Shown piece after piece: positions 1 through 9,669 of a DNA stretch of 64,000 nt. The position numbers were made by a program, and so were the translations under genes. Source of the stretch: Synergistales bacterium (GTDB taxonomy: Bacteria > Synergistota > Synergistia > Synergistales > JAFGMB01). The stretch spans positions 1,536,001 to 1,600,000 of the forward strand of contig OY762654.1 of the NCBI GenBank assembly GCA_963666205.1, read 5' to 3'. Numbering within the stretch: position 1 is the stretch's first letter; each line of letters opens with the position of its first letter. A model generated the notes under the pieces. The model ran no database searches. It was not told the DNA's origin and saw only the letters and a list, made by a program, of their open reading frames with translations.

Positions 1-613
1 CCAGCTCTGTTATTGAATCCAACAGTTCACAGGACGGCTTAACAAGGAGAGTCAGCTGGTTAAAAAAGCCTTCTTCTGAAGAAACTTCTTCTTTCCATTC
101 CATCTTCTCAGGGGAAAGAATTTCCCCTCCAAGGCTTTTATCGGAAAAAACCATTATCTCGTATGTGTCACCTGAAAAGTCCGTCTTAAAACCATTTACA
201 TGGGTGAATTGAACAGCTCCTCCTCCAATGGATCTGGCACAGACGGTTACCTTCTTTCCACTTTCTCCTGTCATGCGCACATCCGCCACGTTGGGGTGGT
301 CTTTAACGGTCAGATCCTCAACCGGAAAGGAAATATGAATACCTCTTTCTTCCGCTTCTTCAAGAGCTGTATAGAAAAGATCATCCGTTATCTCCAGGCC
401 CATCATCCCCACAGCAAAGGCCTTGTCACTCCCCTGCTGGCGAAATGTCTGCCCATAAGAGCCGTCTTTATCAAAAGCACAGATCACAAAACGAGGTTTT
501 TCACCCAATATATAACGGCAGACCCTCCCAATATGGAAGCTTGCGGCCGTATGGGAACTGCTTGGACCATGCATTATGGGTCCGAGCACATGGTTGAAAA
601 TGGATACTGACAT
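1..613 (-). CDS. L-serine dehydratase, Fe-S dependent (beta-subunit N-terminus, possibly fused); runs off the window edge
   Basis: Hand translation of the minus strand from ATG 613 gives MSVSIFNHVLGPIMHGPSSSHTAA...SIGGG. GPxMxGPSSSHTA is the serine dehydratase beta motif. RBS AAGGGGTGA upstream. Not in the ORF track. Confidence 0.85.
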   Translation of the reverse strand, partial: MSVSIFNHVLGPIMHGPSSSHTAASFHIGRVCRYILGEKPRFVICAFDKDGSYGQTFRQQGSDKAFAVGMMGLEITDDLFYTALEEAEERGIHISFPVEDLTVKDHPNVADVRMTGESGKKVTVCARSIGGGAVQFTHVNGFKTDFSGDTYEIMVFSDKSLGGEILSPEKMEWKEEVSSEEGFFNQLTLLVKPSCELLDSITEL

Positions 614-776
614 AAGATCACCCCTTAAAAAAATATCCATTACAGATACCAACAGGATGACGGCAAAGCCGATCCCGGAAAATAGCAGGAAGCAGACTCT
701 CCTGACAAAACCCTTTCAAGGGCCCTTTCGTCCCTGAAATAATATATCCCTTAAAGTTCACACTAATACAGCTGTA

Positions 777-983
777 TTAATCATCCCGAGATTGTATATT
801 GAAAACCCTGAACCCTCTAAAAAACCTGGCATAGGGTGGATCATTCCATCCCTTTTTTGTCGCGGTCCTTGAAAAAGCCCCGCAGATCATGGCCCCCCAG
901 AAGGCATAGGGAGATTTCGTGGTAATGGCTGTAATAAAGAACATAAAACAAAGGGCTGCAAAGAAATTGCGGTAAAATTTCAT
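777..983 (-). CDS. Small membrane protein (68 aa) of unknown function in the TRAP operon
   Basis: Two hydrophobic segments. AAGGTGA RBS directly after the dctM stop; co-oriented. Confidence 0.6.
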   Translation of the reverse strand: MKFYRNFFAALCFMFFITAITTKSPYAFWGAMICGAFSRTATKKGWNDPPYARFFRGFRVFNIQSRDD

Positions 984-992
984 TTCATCACC

Positions 993-2309
993 TTACCAGG
1001 GAACTCCCATAATGACATGGGGCAGGAACAGAACAAGTTTGGGACAATAAGCTGTAAACAGAAGCACAGGACCCCAGCATAGAAGGATAAACCATAGGGT
1101 GGGAGTCATCATCTCATCAATTGGAGCATTGCCCAATCGTCCCCCCAGGTATAATACGGGCGCCGCTGGCGGCGTAATACACCCCAGACCGGTATTCACT
1201 CCAACAATTGCTGCATAGTGGATAGGGCTGAATCCCAGTTCCATTATTATGGGCATAAGGATAGGAGTAGTAAGTACTACCACGCTGATATCATCCATGA
1301 GCATTCCCATGATAACGAGAAAGATATTTATCATGAACATAATGATCCAGCGGTTATCGGAAACCGCGTAGAACAGGGCCAGCATCTTTCCTGGAAGATC
1401 TTCCAGTATATAGAGCCGGCTCAACATCGATACAGAATAGAGCATTACCATTATTACACCTGTGGTTATAGCGGATTCAACCACCACTTCGTAGAGGCTC
1501 TTCAGGTTAAGACCCTTGTATATAAACATTCCCACCGGGATAGCATATAGGACAGCCATTGCCGAAGCTTCTGTGGTTGTCATTATTCCTCCATAGATAC
1601 CCCCAAGCACTATTACGGGCAGCATCAAGGCTGGAATTGCCAGTTTACCCCTCTTTTTAAAGAGGTCCCACTTTTCCGTGGAAGTTCTCTTGTGTGCCAC
1701 CAGAACTGTTTCATTATTGCGAAGGAGCCACATGTTAACCAGGCATATGAGTGTGGTAGTGAGAATCCCAGGTCCGATGGTGGATAGAAAACATGCAAGA
1801 ACCGATTGGCCACTGATCCATGCAAAAATGATAAGTGTTGCATTAGGCGGTATGAGGAGCCCGAGAAGGGAAGCATTGGCCATCAATGCCGCTGCATGCC
1901 CCCTGGGATACCCTTCAGCCCTGAATCTCGGAAACATTATGGAACCTATACAGGATAGAGTGGCACAGGCCGCTCCAGAAATTGAACCGAAAACAGCACA
2001 GGAAATGGTCCCCACAATGCCTAATCCTCCCCTGAGATGCCCCACGAAGACATCCACAAGGTCGATCAGTTTTTCTCCTATCTTACCCCGTTCCATTATG
2101 CCTCCTGCCATGATAAAGAGAGCAATGGCTATGAGAGAGACAGAATTCATCTGTGTGAAACCGTAGGGAAGAAGCTGACTTGGCTGGTACCCCTCGCCAC
2201 CGGGGCCCCCGAAAAAAATAAGCCATGCAGAAGAGGCCATGAAGCTGACCGGAACGGGAACTCCGATCATAAGGGTTACCATAAGGATAACGAGAGCTAC
2301 AAAGATCAT
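993..2309 (-). CDS. dctM: TRAP transporter large permease
   Basis: Polytopic membrane protein with FGSISGA, LIPPN and ITPP motifs; overlaps the dctQ stop. Confidence 0.95.
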   Translation of the reverse strand: MIFVALVILMVTLMIGVPVPVSFMASSAWLIFFGGPGGEGYQPSQLLPYGFTQMNSVSLIAIALFIMAGGIMERGKIGEKLIDLVDVFVGHLRGGLGIVGTISCAVFGSISGAACATLSCIGSIMFPRFRAEGYPRGHAAALMANASLLGLLIPPNATLIIFAWISGQSVLACFLSTIGPGILTTTLICLVNMWLLRNNETVLVAHKRTSTEKWDLFKKRGKLAIPALMLPVIVLGGIYGGIMTTTEASAMAVLYAIPVGMFIYKGLNLKSLYEVVVESAITTGVIMVMLYSVSMLSRLYILEDLPGKMLALFYAVSDNRWIIMFMINIFLVIMGMLMDDISVVVLTTPILMPIIMELGFSPIHYAAIVGVNTGLGCITPPAAPVLYLGGRLGNAPIDEMMTPTLWFILLCWGPVLLFTAYCPKLVLFLPHVIMGVPW

Positions 2310-2887
2310 CTGCTTCCCCTCCTGAACAGGGCAACAGTGCTATGCACGAGATCCCTGGTGAAATAATAGGCCATGAAGATCAGTCCTGTGAAAACGGCAA
2401 GATAGGAAGTCCAGAGACTTATCCGCCAGATAGTGGTCTTGGGGATGGCAATTCCAGTTCCCAGTGGACCCATAAAACCGAACATGAAGAATTCGTATCC
2501 ATACCATACAAAAAGCAGGGTAACCCCTACTGTTATCAGGTCTTTCACAAAGAGCATGAATTTTTTTATAAACCCCGGAGGCATATATGAATGGACAAGG
2601 TCCGCGGAAACATGGGTCCTATTGAAAGCACCGATAGCTGCCCCCATAAAGTAGAGCCAGAAGGCCAGAAGTTTGACCACCTCCTCGTAACCGTAAAGGT
2701 CACCCTTCAGTACATAGCGTACAAAGGTTGCAGCACAGATTAGGAGCGTTAACAGTATGGAAGTAATAAAGCAGATGATGGAAAAGACGTTGATATTTAT
2801 ACGGTCGAAAAGGTTCTTCGGAATTGTTACACCGCATACACAGTCAGGCATGGCTGTGCATTCTTTTTCATTAACATTTTCTGACAC
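2306..2887 (-). CDS. dctQ: TRAP transporter small permease
   Basis: 4 TM segments, RYVL...EEVV motif; lies between dctP and dctM. Confidence 0.9.
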   Translation of the reverse strand: MSENVNEKECTAMPDCVCGVTIPKNLFDRININVFSIICFITSILLTLLICAATFVRYVLKGDLYGYEEVVKLLAFWLYFMGAAIGAFNRTHVSADLVHSYMPPGFIKKFMLFVKDLITVGVTLLFVWYGYEFFMFGFMGPLGTGIAIPKTTIWRISLWTSYLAVFTGLIFMAYYFTRDLVHSTVALFRRGSR

Positions 2888-2910
2888 GAAAGTCCCCCCT
2901 TAATCAACAT

Positions 2911-2950
2911 CATGAGATTCCGGGAAAATGTCATTTCCCGGAATCTCATG
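2911..2950. terminator. Stem-loop after dctP (partial terminator or mRNA stabiliser)
   Basis: CATGAGATTCCGGGAAAATG / CATTTCCCGGAATCTCATG inverted repeat. Confidence 0.7.
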
Positions 2951-2981
2951 AATTAATGGAAAGAAAAGTACGGCAGGACTC

Positions 2982-3998
2982 CTATTTAGGTGCCAGCTCT
3001 TTTCTGAATTCATCCATAAGTTCTTTGGTCATGTTCTTTTCGAGTTTAGGCCAGGTGGTAGCACAGGCTTCTGCAATAGGAATAAGCTGTTCCCGGGTAT
3101 AGGTGAAGACCTCAATGCCCTTTTCTTTCATCAGGGACATGTAGTGTTCATCAAGGGACTTGGCGTTGTCAATGCTCAGGAGAGTGGCACGTGTCATTGC
3201 GTCCTGAATGATCTGCTGATCTGCAGGACTGATCTTTTCCCATGTCTGGGCACTGACCATGTAATTCAGGCATTCGATGGAATAATTGGTCATATACCAG
3301 TACTTGAGTACATCTCCAAGAATGGTATAGGCGGCTGCCACGGGGTAACCGTTAACTCCGTTGCATACACCCGTCTGCATGGACTGATAGACATCAGCGT
3401 AGGGTATGGTAACAGTGCGATAACCCATAGCCTCTGCCGCAAGTTTGTAAACATCCATGTTGGGAACACGAATAAGGACTTCCTGATTGACAGTGGGATT
3501 GAGAGGATCCTTTGCCGGTTTGGTGGTACCGGTGCCGATCATACCTTCAATGTAGAAACCGAGCAGCTTTACGCCAAGGCGCTCGTTAAATTCGTTCATT
3601 TTTTTGAAGAGCCATCCATCAGGAGAAAAAACTCTTTTAGCATCTTCGTAATCACTTACATAACCGTTGATATAGACCAGTTCCATCCGGGGATCGAATT
3701 GACTGGGTACGGATATGCTGGACAAGTCTATAGTTCCGCGGATCTGCTCTTCATAGACAAGGGTATAGTCGCCAAGCTGGTTGGCAGGATATACTTTGAC
3801 CTCAATCCGGCCATTGGTTTTTTCAGCCACTTCTTTGGCAATTTCCTGCATCATAAGGGTTGCCGGGTGATCGGCAGGGGACTGTCCCGCAAACTTAAGG
3901 ATCATTTCCGGTGCAGCAACAGCAATACTGCAGAAACAAAATGTCAATACTAAACCGATTACTGCCATCCTCACAAAGAACCTTGCTGACTTATACAT
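2982..3998 (-). CDS. dctP: TRAP transporter substrate-binding protein
   Basis: Signal peptide; TNGRIEVKVYPANQLG, IRVP and DVYQSMQTG motifs. Start placed at ATG 3998 after GGGGAG. Confidence 0.93.
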   Translation of the reverse strand: MYKSARFFVRMAVIGLVLTFCFCSIAVAAPEMILKFAGQSPADHPATLMMQEIAKEVAEKTNGRIEVKVYPANQLGDYTLVYEEQIRGTIDLSSISVPSQFDPRMELVYINGYVSDYEDAKRVFSPDGWLFKKMNEFNERLGVKLLGFYIEGMIGTGTTKPAKDPLNPTVNQEVLIRVPNMDVYKLAAEAMGYRTVTIPYADVYQSMQTGVCNGVNGYPVAAAYTILGDVLKYWYMTNYSIECLNYMVSAQTWEKISPADQQIIQDAMTRATLLSIDNAKSLDEHYMSLMKEKGIEVFTYTREQLIPIAEACATTWPKLEKNMTKELMDEFRKELAPK

Positions 3999-4788
3999 AC
4001 ATTTCTCCCCTTTCAAATAGTAAAAACCGGTAGAACTACCAACAACATACAAGAAAAATATCCCACCCCCCTAAGGTAAGGTATTTCTCTATCCCTTCGG
4101 ATAGAGCCCTGTTTACCAGCTTTCAATTGTATGTTCCAACAATTCTGATGAACCTGAAGCGGCTGTAGATGAAAATTGCCAATTCACAGGTCCATTCATA
4201 TTTTTGAATTATTTTAAAGGAAGAAAGGAGTAGGCCAAAATACAAAGGTCCATTTTACGATTGCTGTGATGATGTCTATAATTTCAGTATTGTATGTAAT
4301 GTATCAATATTATATAAACTACCACATTTTATTTCTTCCGTCAAAAATTGAATGCAGGAAAAATTTACAGCGGGCAAAACACCCGGAAAAATTATCCAAA
4401 GATCCCGTAAAATCTTTTATCCGGGTCAAATACTGACACTGAAGATCTGGATCGACATGCTCAGTATGATGGCTTTTTCTGGCATCGATCTTGAAAATCA
4501 GTGAAGAAATAAAGATATGAAATTATGCATAAGGGAATCAAAGAAACGGACTAAGCCATAAAAGAAAGATTATTTGTCTTCCATATCAGCTGGCGGGTGG
4601 AATATGGGATTTTCTCCAGTAAACAGGGGTGCTAATATTAAGTTCTTGAAGGATCCTGTTATCCTTGATCTCCTCTTAGCCGGTTCTTATCAGTGCTACA
4701 GGGTGATCATGGTAACCTGCGGATCCCCCAGGGCAAAAGAAGACACCTGAAAATGATGCTTCTTTCTTTTGAAAGGAGGTAGTCTTGT

Positions 4789-5031
4789 ATGAGGCTCGAA
4801 GTTATTGGAAGGATTTGCCCGGATTGCGACAGGTTTTACCAGATGACCGAAAACATTGTCAGGGATCTGCATATGAACGCCGAAATACAGAGAATAACGG
4901 ATACAAAGGATATCCTGAAGAAGTTCGGAATGATCCACGTACCAGCATTAGCTGCTGATGGAAAGATCCTTTTTGAGGGCAAGATACCCGCACCTGAAAA
5001 ACTGAAAGATAAACTTGCCCACCTTCACTAA
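4789..5031 (+). CDS. Small thioredoxin-like redox protein (MTH895/ArsE type)
   Basis: CPDC motif near the N-terminus, VPALAADGK; strong AAAGGAGG RBS. Confidence 0.85.
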   Translation: MRLEVIGRICPDCDRFYQMTENIVRDLHMNAEIQRITDTKDILKKFGMIHVPALAADGKILFEGKIPAPEKLKDKLAHLH

Positions 5032-5043
5032 TAGATCTTCCTC

Positions 5044-5106
5044 GCTATCTCTTCAGTAAACAGGCCCCCGGACCCCATCCGGGGGCCTGTTTACTGAAGA
5101 GATAGC
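5044..5106. terminator. Perfect 29-bp-stem hairpin
   Basis: GCTATCTCTTCAGTAAACAGGCCCCCGGA-CCCCA-TCCGGGGGCCTGTTTACTGAAGAGATAGC. Confidence 0.75.
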
Positions 5107-5201
5107 AAAACCTTGAATATTGATACTTAATACTTTCCTGTACAGAAATCCATCTTTCTGCTGTTCATTTAAGAAATTACCTGGAAATCGGTATTTCCTG
5201 C

Positions 5202-5258
5202 TTGACATAGATACATGACGTATCTATAATTGCCGAGCTTAGATACGTCGTGTATCTA
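5202..5258 (+). promoter_or_regulatory. Sigma70 promoter with two palindromic TetR-type operators
   Basis: TTGACA (5202-5207), 17-bp spacer, TATAAT (5225-5230). TAGATAC-N5-GTATCTA at 5208-5226 and 5240-5258. Confidence 0.9.
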
Positions 5259-5282
5259 TATTATTGTTTAGAAGGTGACTCC

Positions 5283-6572
5283 ATGACAAAGTACAGACAT
5301 CTTAAAAAACACACTCTGGCCGTTCTTTCGGTTCTGCTTCTCATCACTGTGGCATTCCTGCTTCTGGACAGGGAAAGCAAGACCGCAAACGAGATACCGG
5401 TCGAAGTTCCGAAACTGATAAAGACTGAAGTGCTCGAAAATTCAAGTACAACCATAAGTTATACCTATCCTGGAAAAGTTCAGGCTGCAAGGAAAGTCGA
5501 CCTTGCCTTCAGGGTATCGGGACAGCTTATGGAAGTTCCCATCAAGAGAGGTCAGCATGTCAAAGCGGGAGATCTCCTTGCGAAACTCGATCCCCGGGAT
5601 TTTCAGATAGCTCTCGACAGCATAACGGCAAGGCTCGGCCAGGCACAGGCCCAGATGGCGGCCATGAAGGCAGGTGCAAGGGAAGAAGACCTGAGATCTC
5701 TTGAGGCCAACGTCGCTTCTGCACAGGCGCAGATGAATGAAGCTGAAGCCCAGTATGAACGTTTCAAAAATCTGTGGAAGGAAGAAATGGTCTCCGAGTC
5801 TGAATACGAACGCTATGAAACAATGTGGCAGGTTTCAAGATCCTCTTACCAGGCTGCCATCCAGAACCTGAAAAAAGGCAAGGCAGGTTCCCGGACAGAG
5901 GACATCCAGGCCATGGAATGGTCCATCAAGGCACTTGAGGCTGAACAGCGTTCCGCCCAGGCATCCCTCGACGATACAGAACTGAGGGCTCCCTTTTCCG
6001 GTGTAGTTGCTGACCGGGCAGTTGAAAACTACGAGAATATTTCAGCGGGATACCCTGTACTCTCCCTTCAGGATATGACAGAACTCGAGATCGTGATCAA
6101 TGTTCCCGATAGGGACATAATAATTGCAGACCCTACAAGGGACTGTATCCCCCTTGTCTACTTCGATGCTTTTCCGGAAAGGTCCTTTGAAGCCTATTTC
6201 AAGGAAATAAAAACAAATGCAGACCCCTCAACCCAGACCTATGCCGTAACAGTTGCAATGGATTACCCCACAGGACTGAATGTCCTTCCCGGAATGAGCG
6301 TATCCCTCAAGGCAGATATTCCCTCTGTTGATACTTCCCATGATGGCAATTTTATTGTTCCCTCAAGCGCTATTTTTGCTGATGAAAATGGAGGCAATTA
6401 TCTCTGGGTGGTTGATCAGGAAACAAGATCTGTCGAGAAGAGAAATATCTCCGTGGGCTCCCTCGACGGTGGCAATATAGAAATATCGGGAGATATCCGA
6501 ATTGGTGAACGAATTGCCACAGCAGGAGTACATCTCCTCCGCGAAGGCCAGATCGTAAGATTTACAGACTGA
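5283..6572 (+). CDS. RND efflux periplasmic adaptor (membrane fusion protein)
   Basis: N-terminal TM, DLAFRVSGQL and LRAPFSGVV lipoyl halves, long coiled coil. Start at ATG 5283 after GAAGGTGA. Confidence 0.93.
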   Translation: MTKYRHLKKHTLAVLSVLLLITVAFLLLDRESKTANEIPVEVPKLIKTEVLENSSTTISYTYPGKVQAARKVDLAFRVSGQLMEVPIKRGQHVKAGDLLAKLDPRDFQIALDSITARLGQAQAQMAAMKAGAREEDLRSLEANVASAQAQMNEAEAQYERFKNLWKEEMVSESEYERYETMWQVSRSSYQAAIQNLKKGKAGSRTEDIQAMEWSIKALEAEQRSAQASLDDTELRAPFSGVVADRAVENYENISAGYPVLSLQDMTELEIVINVPDRDIIIADPTRDCIPLVYFDAFPERSFEAYFKEIKTNADPSTQTYAVTVAMDYPTGLNVLPGMSVSLKADIPSVDTSHDGNFIVPSSAIFADENGGNYLWVVDQETRSVEKRNISVGSLDGGNIEISGDIRIGERIATAGVHLLREGQIVRFTD

Positions 6573-6609
6573 TATAAATGTATATTTTCAGAATAAAGAG
6601 GATCTTTTA

Positions 6610-9600
6610 ATGAACATAGCCCAGTATTCCATCACAAAACGCACCGTAACCCTTTTCCTGTCCCTTCTCATCCTGATAGGGGGTACAGCAGCATACTTCC
6701 AGATGGGAAAACTGGAAGATCCGGAATACACAATAAAGACCGCAGTGGTGATAACCCGTTACCCCGGAGCAACCCCTTCGGAGGTTGAAGAGGAAGTTAC
6801 AGACGTCATTGAGACTGCTGTACAGCAGCTGGGACAGGTTGATGAAGTAAGATCCCTTTCCAGGGACGGTGTCTCTACAATATATGTGGATATAAAGGAC
6901 ACATATACGGGGAAAGACCTTCCCCAGATATGGGATGAACTTAGAAGGAAAGTAAATGGAGCCAGGTCACTACTTCCTCCCGGAGTTGGTGAACCCTTCG
7001 TTAATGACGATTATGGTGATGTTTACGGAGTCTACTTTGCCCTCTCCGGAGAAGGATACAGCTATAAGGAACTCAAAGAATATGCTGATTTTCTTAAAAG
7101 GGAACTTCTTCTCGTCAAGGATGTGGCAAGGGTTGCGATCCAGGGAGACCAGAGGGAAGTCATCTATGTTGAGATCTCAAGGGCAAAGATGGCCACAATG
7201 GGCATATCTCCCGATGCGATCTACGGGTTTCTTAACCAGCAGAATACCATCTCACAGGTGGCAAAAACCTCAGTTGGAGATGAATACCTGAGAATCGACC
7301 CTACAGGAGGTCTCAGGTCAGTTGAGGATATCGGAGACCTTGTTATAGGAGGCGGCCCTTCCGGAGCCCTTGTACATCTTCGGGATGTGGCCACTGTAAC
7401 CAGGAGTTATATGGATCCTGCCTACAGTCTTATGCGTTTCAACGGAAAAGCTGCCCTTGGAATTGGTATTTCAACCGTCAGCGGCGGAAACGTCGTTGAA
7501 ATGGGACAGGCAGTGAAGGAAAAACTTGCCATGCTCGAAGGACAGGCTCCCCTCGGTATGGCACTGGAACGGATATATCTTCAGTCCGACCGGGTCACCA
7601 TTGCCATAAACGGATTTCTTATCAACCTCGCAGAAGCCCTTGGCATAGTAATTGCCCTTCTGGTTGTATTCATGGGATGGCACAGCGGACTTCTCATAGG
7701 AGGAGTTCTCCTCCTTACAATAGGAGCCACATTCCTGACCATGCAGTTCATGGGAATTTTTCTCCAGAGAATTTCTCTGGCCTCTCTGATAATTGCCCTG
7801 GGAATGCTGGTGGACAATGCCATAGTAATAACTGAAGGTATCATGGTAAAGATCCATACAGGAATGGACCGCTTTAAGGCTTCAGGCCAGACTGCGAAGG
7901 AAACAATGTGGCCTTTGCTTGGCGCGACTATAATAGCCATTCTAGCCTTCTCTGCAATAGGCCTCTCCCCTGACAGCGTGGGAGAATACTGCCGCAGCCT
8001 TTTCCAGGTAGTGGGTATCTCTCTCCTGTGGAGCTGGATCCTTGCCCTGACCCTTACTCCCCTGCTCTGCCACATGCTGATAACAGAAAAAGACGGCGGT
8101 CCCCAGGAAGATCCTTACGGCGGAAAGTTCTTTACCCTGTATAGAAATTTTCTTAAAACAAGGCTAAACCGCAGATGGCAGACCATGATGGTCATGGCAG
8201 GATTTCTTTTTGTAGCAATATGGGGTTTCGGTTTCATAGATAAAACATTTTTCCCGGATTCGGACCTTCCCCTATTAAAGGTCGATTTCCGCAATCCCGA
8301 GAGCGTATCCATAGAAAAAACTTCAAAAGACATGGAGAAGATAGAAGATTATCTTATCCATCAGGGAGAGGTTGAATCGGTATCAACGTTTGTCGGAGGT
8401 GGAGCCCTTCGCTTCATGCTCAGCTATTCCCCTCCCGATGCTTCTTCTAATATGGGACAGATCCTCGTAAGGGTTAAAGACTTTAAAGACCTTGGAAGCA
8501 TTATAGAGAGAACCCGAAATTATCTGACGGAAAATTTCCCGGACTCACTTCCCATGACCGACCTGATGCCACTGGGCCCTCCGGGAGGAGGTGTCGAAGT
8601 ACGCTTCAGAGGCTACGACCCGGCAATTCTCCGCGAACTGAGCAACCAGGCAAAAGCAATCATGGCCGACGACCCTTATGCTATAGACGTCAGGGATACC
8701 TGGAACGAACGTGTCAAGGTTCTAAGACCCCAGATACTGGAAAAACAGGCCCGCCTTGTGGGCCTCACAAGACCAGACATAAACCGGGCCCTTCAGACAG
8801 CCTTCAGCGGATATCCCATAGGTATCTACCGTGAGGGGAACGATCTTCTCCCCATCGTTTCCAGGTACCCCGAAAAGGACCGGGGAGGGATAGAGGACCT
8901 GGACAAGGTTCAGGTATGGAACGCGAACACCAACAGGGTCATACCTTTAGGCTCGGTCATGAGCGGGCTCAAGACCGAATACGAAGACCCGGTGATCTGG
9001 AGAAAGAACAGGGTAAGAACAATAACCGCCCAATGTGATGCAAAAACCGGTACAACCAATGTCATGCTTTTCAACAGGCTTAAGCCTTTGCTGGAGAATA
9101 TAATACTCCCCCAGGGATATACCATGGAATGGGGAGGGGAACATGAAAATTCATCGGATGCTCAAGCAGGATTAAGTAAAATGCTGCCCATAAGTCTTCT
9201 CCTCATGGTGACCATACTGGTGGTGCTTTTCAATGCCCTCCGACAGCCCCTTATAATAATTCTATGCCTTCCCCTTGCCATAATAGGGGTTGCGGCAGGA
9301 CTGCTGCTTACGGGCCAGCCTTTCAGTTTCATGGCTCTGCTGGGATTTCTGAGCCTTACGGGTATGCTGATAAAGAACGCTATTGTTCTGATAGACCAGA
9401 TAGACCTCGAGATAAGGAGTGGTAAAGAAAGTTTCGATGCTGTACTGGACTCGGCAGTCAGCAGGTTGAGACCCGTAATGATGGCTTCCATGACCACTGT
9501 CCTCGGTATGATACCCCTTATCTGGGATATCCTGTTTGCACCCATGGCTGCCACAATAATGTTCGGACTGACCTTTGGAACAGTATTGACTCTGATAGTG

Positions 9601-9669
9601 GTACCTGTTCTTTACGCCCTTTTCTTCAGGATAGATGAACCAGTAAAAGAGGAACCGGAGGCGGTATGA
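6610..9669 (+). CDS. RND efflux permease (AcrB/AcrD/AcrF family)
   Basis: 1019 aa; GMLVDNAIV, KNAIVLID and RLRPVMM motifs. Confidence 0.97.
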   Translation: MNIAQYSITKRTVTLFLSLLILIGGTAAYFQMGKLEDPEYTIKTAVVITRYPGATPSEVEEEVTDVIETAVQQLGQVDEVRSLSRDGVSTIYVDIKDTYTGKDLPQIWDELRRKVNGARSLLPPGVGEPFVNDDYGDVYGVYFALSGEGYSYKELKEYADFLKRELLLVKDVARVAIQGDQREVIYVEISRAKMATMGISPDAIYGFLNQQNTISQVAKTSVGDEYLRIDPTGGLRSVEDIGDLVIGGGPSGALVHLRDVATVTRSYMDPAYSLMRFNGKAALGIGISTVSGGNVVEMGQAVKEKLAMLEGQAPLGMALERIYLQSDRVTIAINGFLINLAEALGIVIALLVVFMGWHSGLLIGGVLLLTIGATFLTMQFMGIFLQRISLASLIIALGMLVDNAIVITEGIMVKIHTGMDRFKASGQTAKETMWPLLGATIIAILAFSAIGLSPDSVGEYCRSLFQVVGISLLWSWILALTLTPLLCHMLITEKDGGPQEDPYGGKFFTLYRNFLKTRLNRRWQTMMVMAGFLFVAIWGFGFIDKTFFPDSDLPLLKVDFRNPESVSIEKTSKDMEKIEDYLIHQGEVESVSTFVGGGALRFMLSYSPPDASSNMGQILVRVKDFKDLGSIIERTRNYLTENFPDSLPMTDLMPLGPPGGGVEVRFRGYDPAILRELSNQAKAIMADDPYAIDVRDTWNERVKVLRPQILEKQARLVGLTRPDINRALQTAFSGYPIGIYREGNDLLPIVSRYPEKDRGGIEDLDKVQVWNANTNRVIPLGSVMSGLKTEYEDPVIWRKNRVRTITAQCDAKTGTTNVMLFNRLKPLLENIILPQGYTMEWGGEHENSSDAQAGLSKMLPISLLLMVTILVVLFNALRQPLIIILCLPLAIIGVAAGLLLTGQPFSFMALLGFLSLTGMLIKNAIVLIDQIDLEIRSGKESFDAVLDSAVSRLRPVMMASMTTVLGMIPLIWDILFAPMAATIMFGLTFGTVLTLIVVPVLYALFFRIDEPVKEEPEAV

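Noticed and set aside
4113-4199. 28-aa Ser-containing uORF upstream of the dctP-serine dehydratase operon
   Set aside because: No SD, only 6 scattered Ser codons, and the following hairpin has no U-tail on that strand.
4680-4780. Possible SAM, Moco or fluoride riboswitch before the thioredoxin-like gene
   Set aside because: Only short fragments match (TTCTTATC, GAAAGGAG); the core conserved elements are absent.
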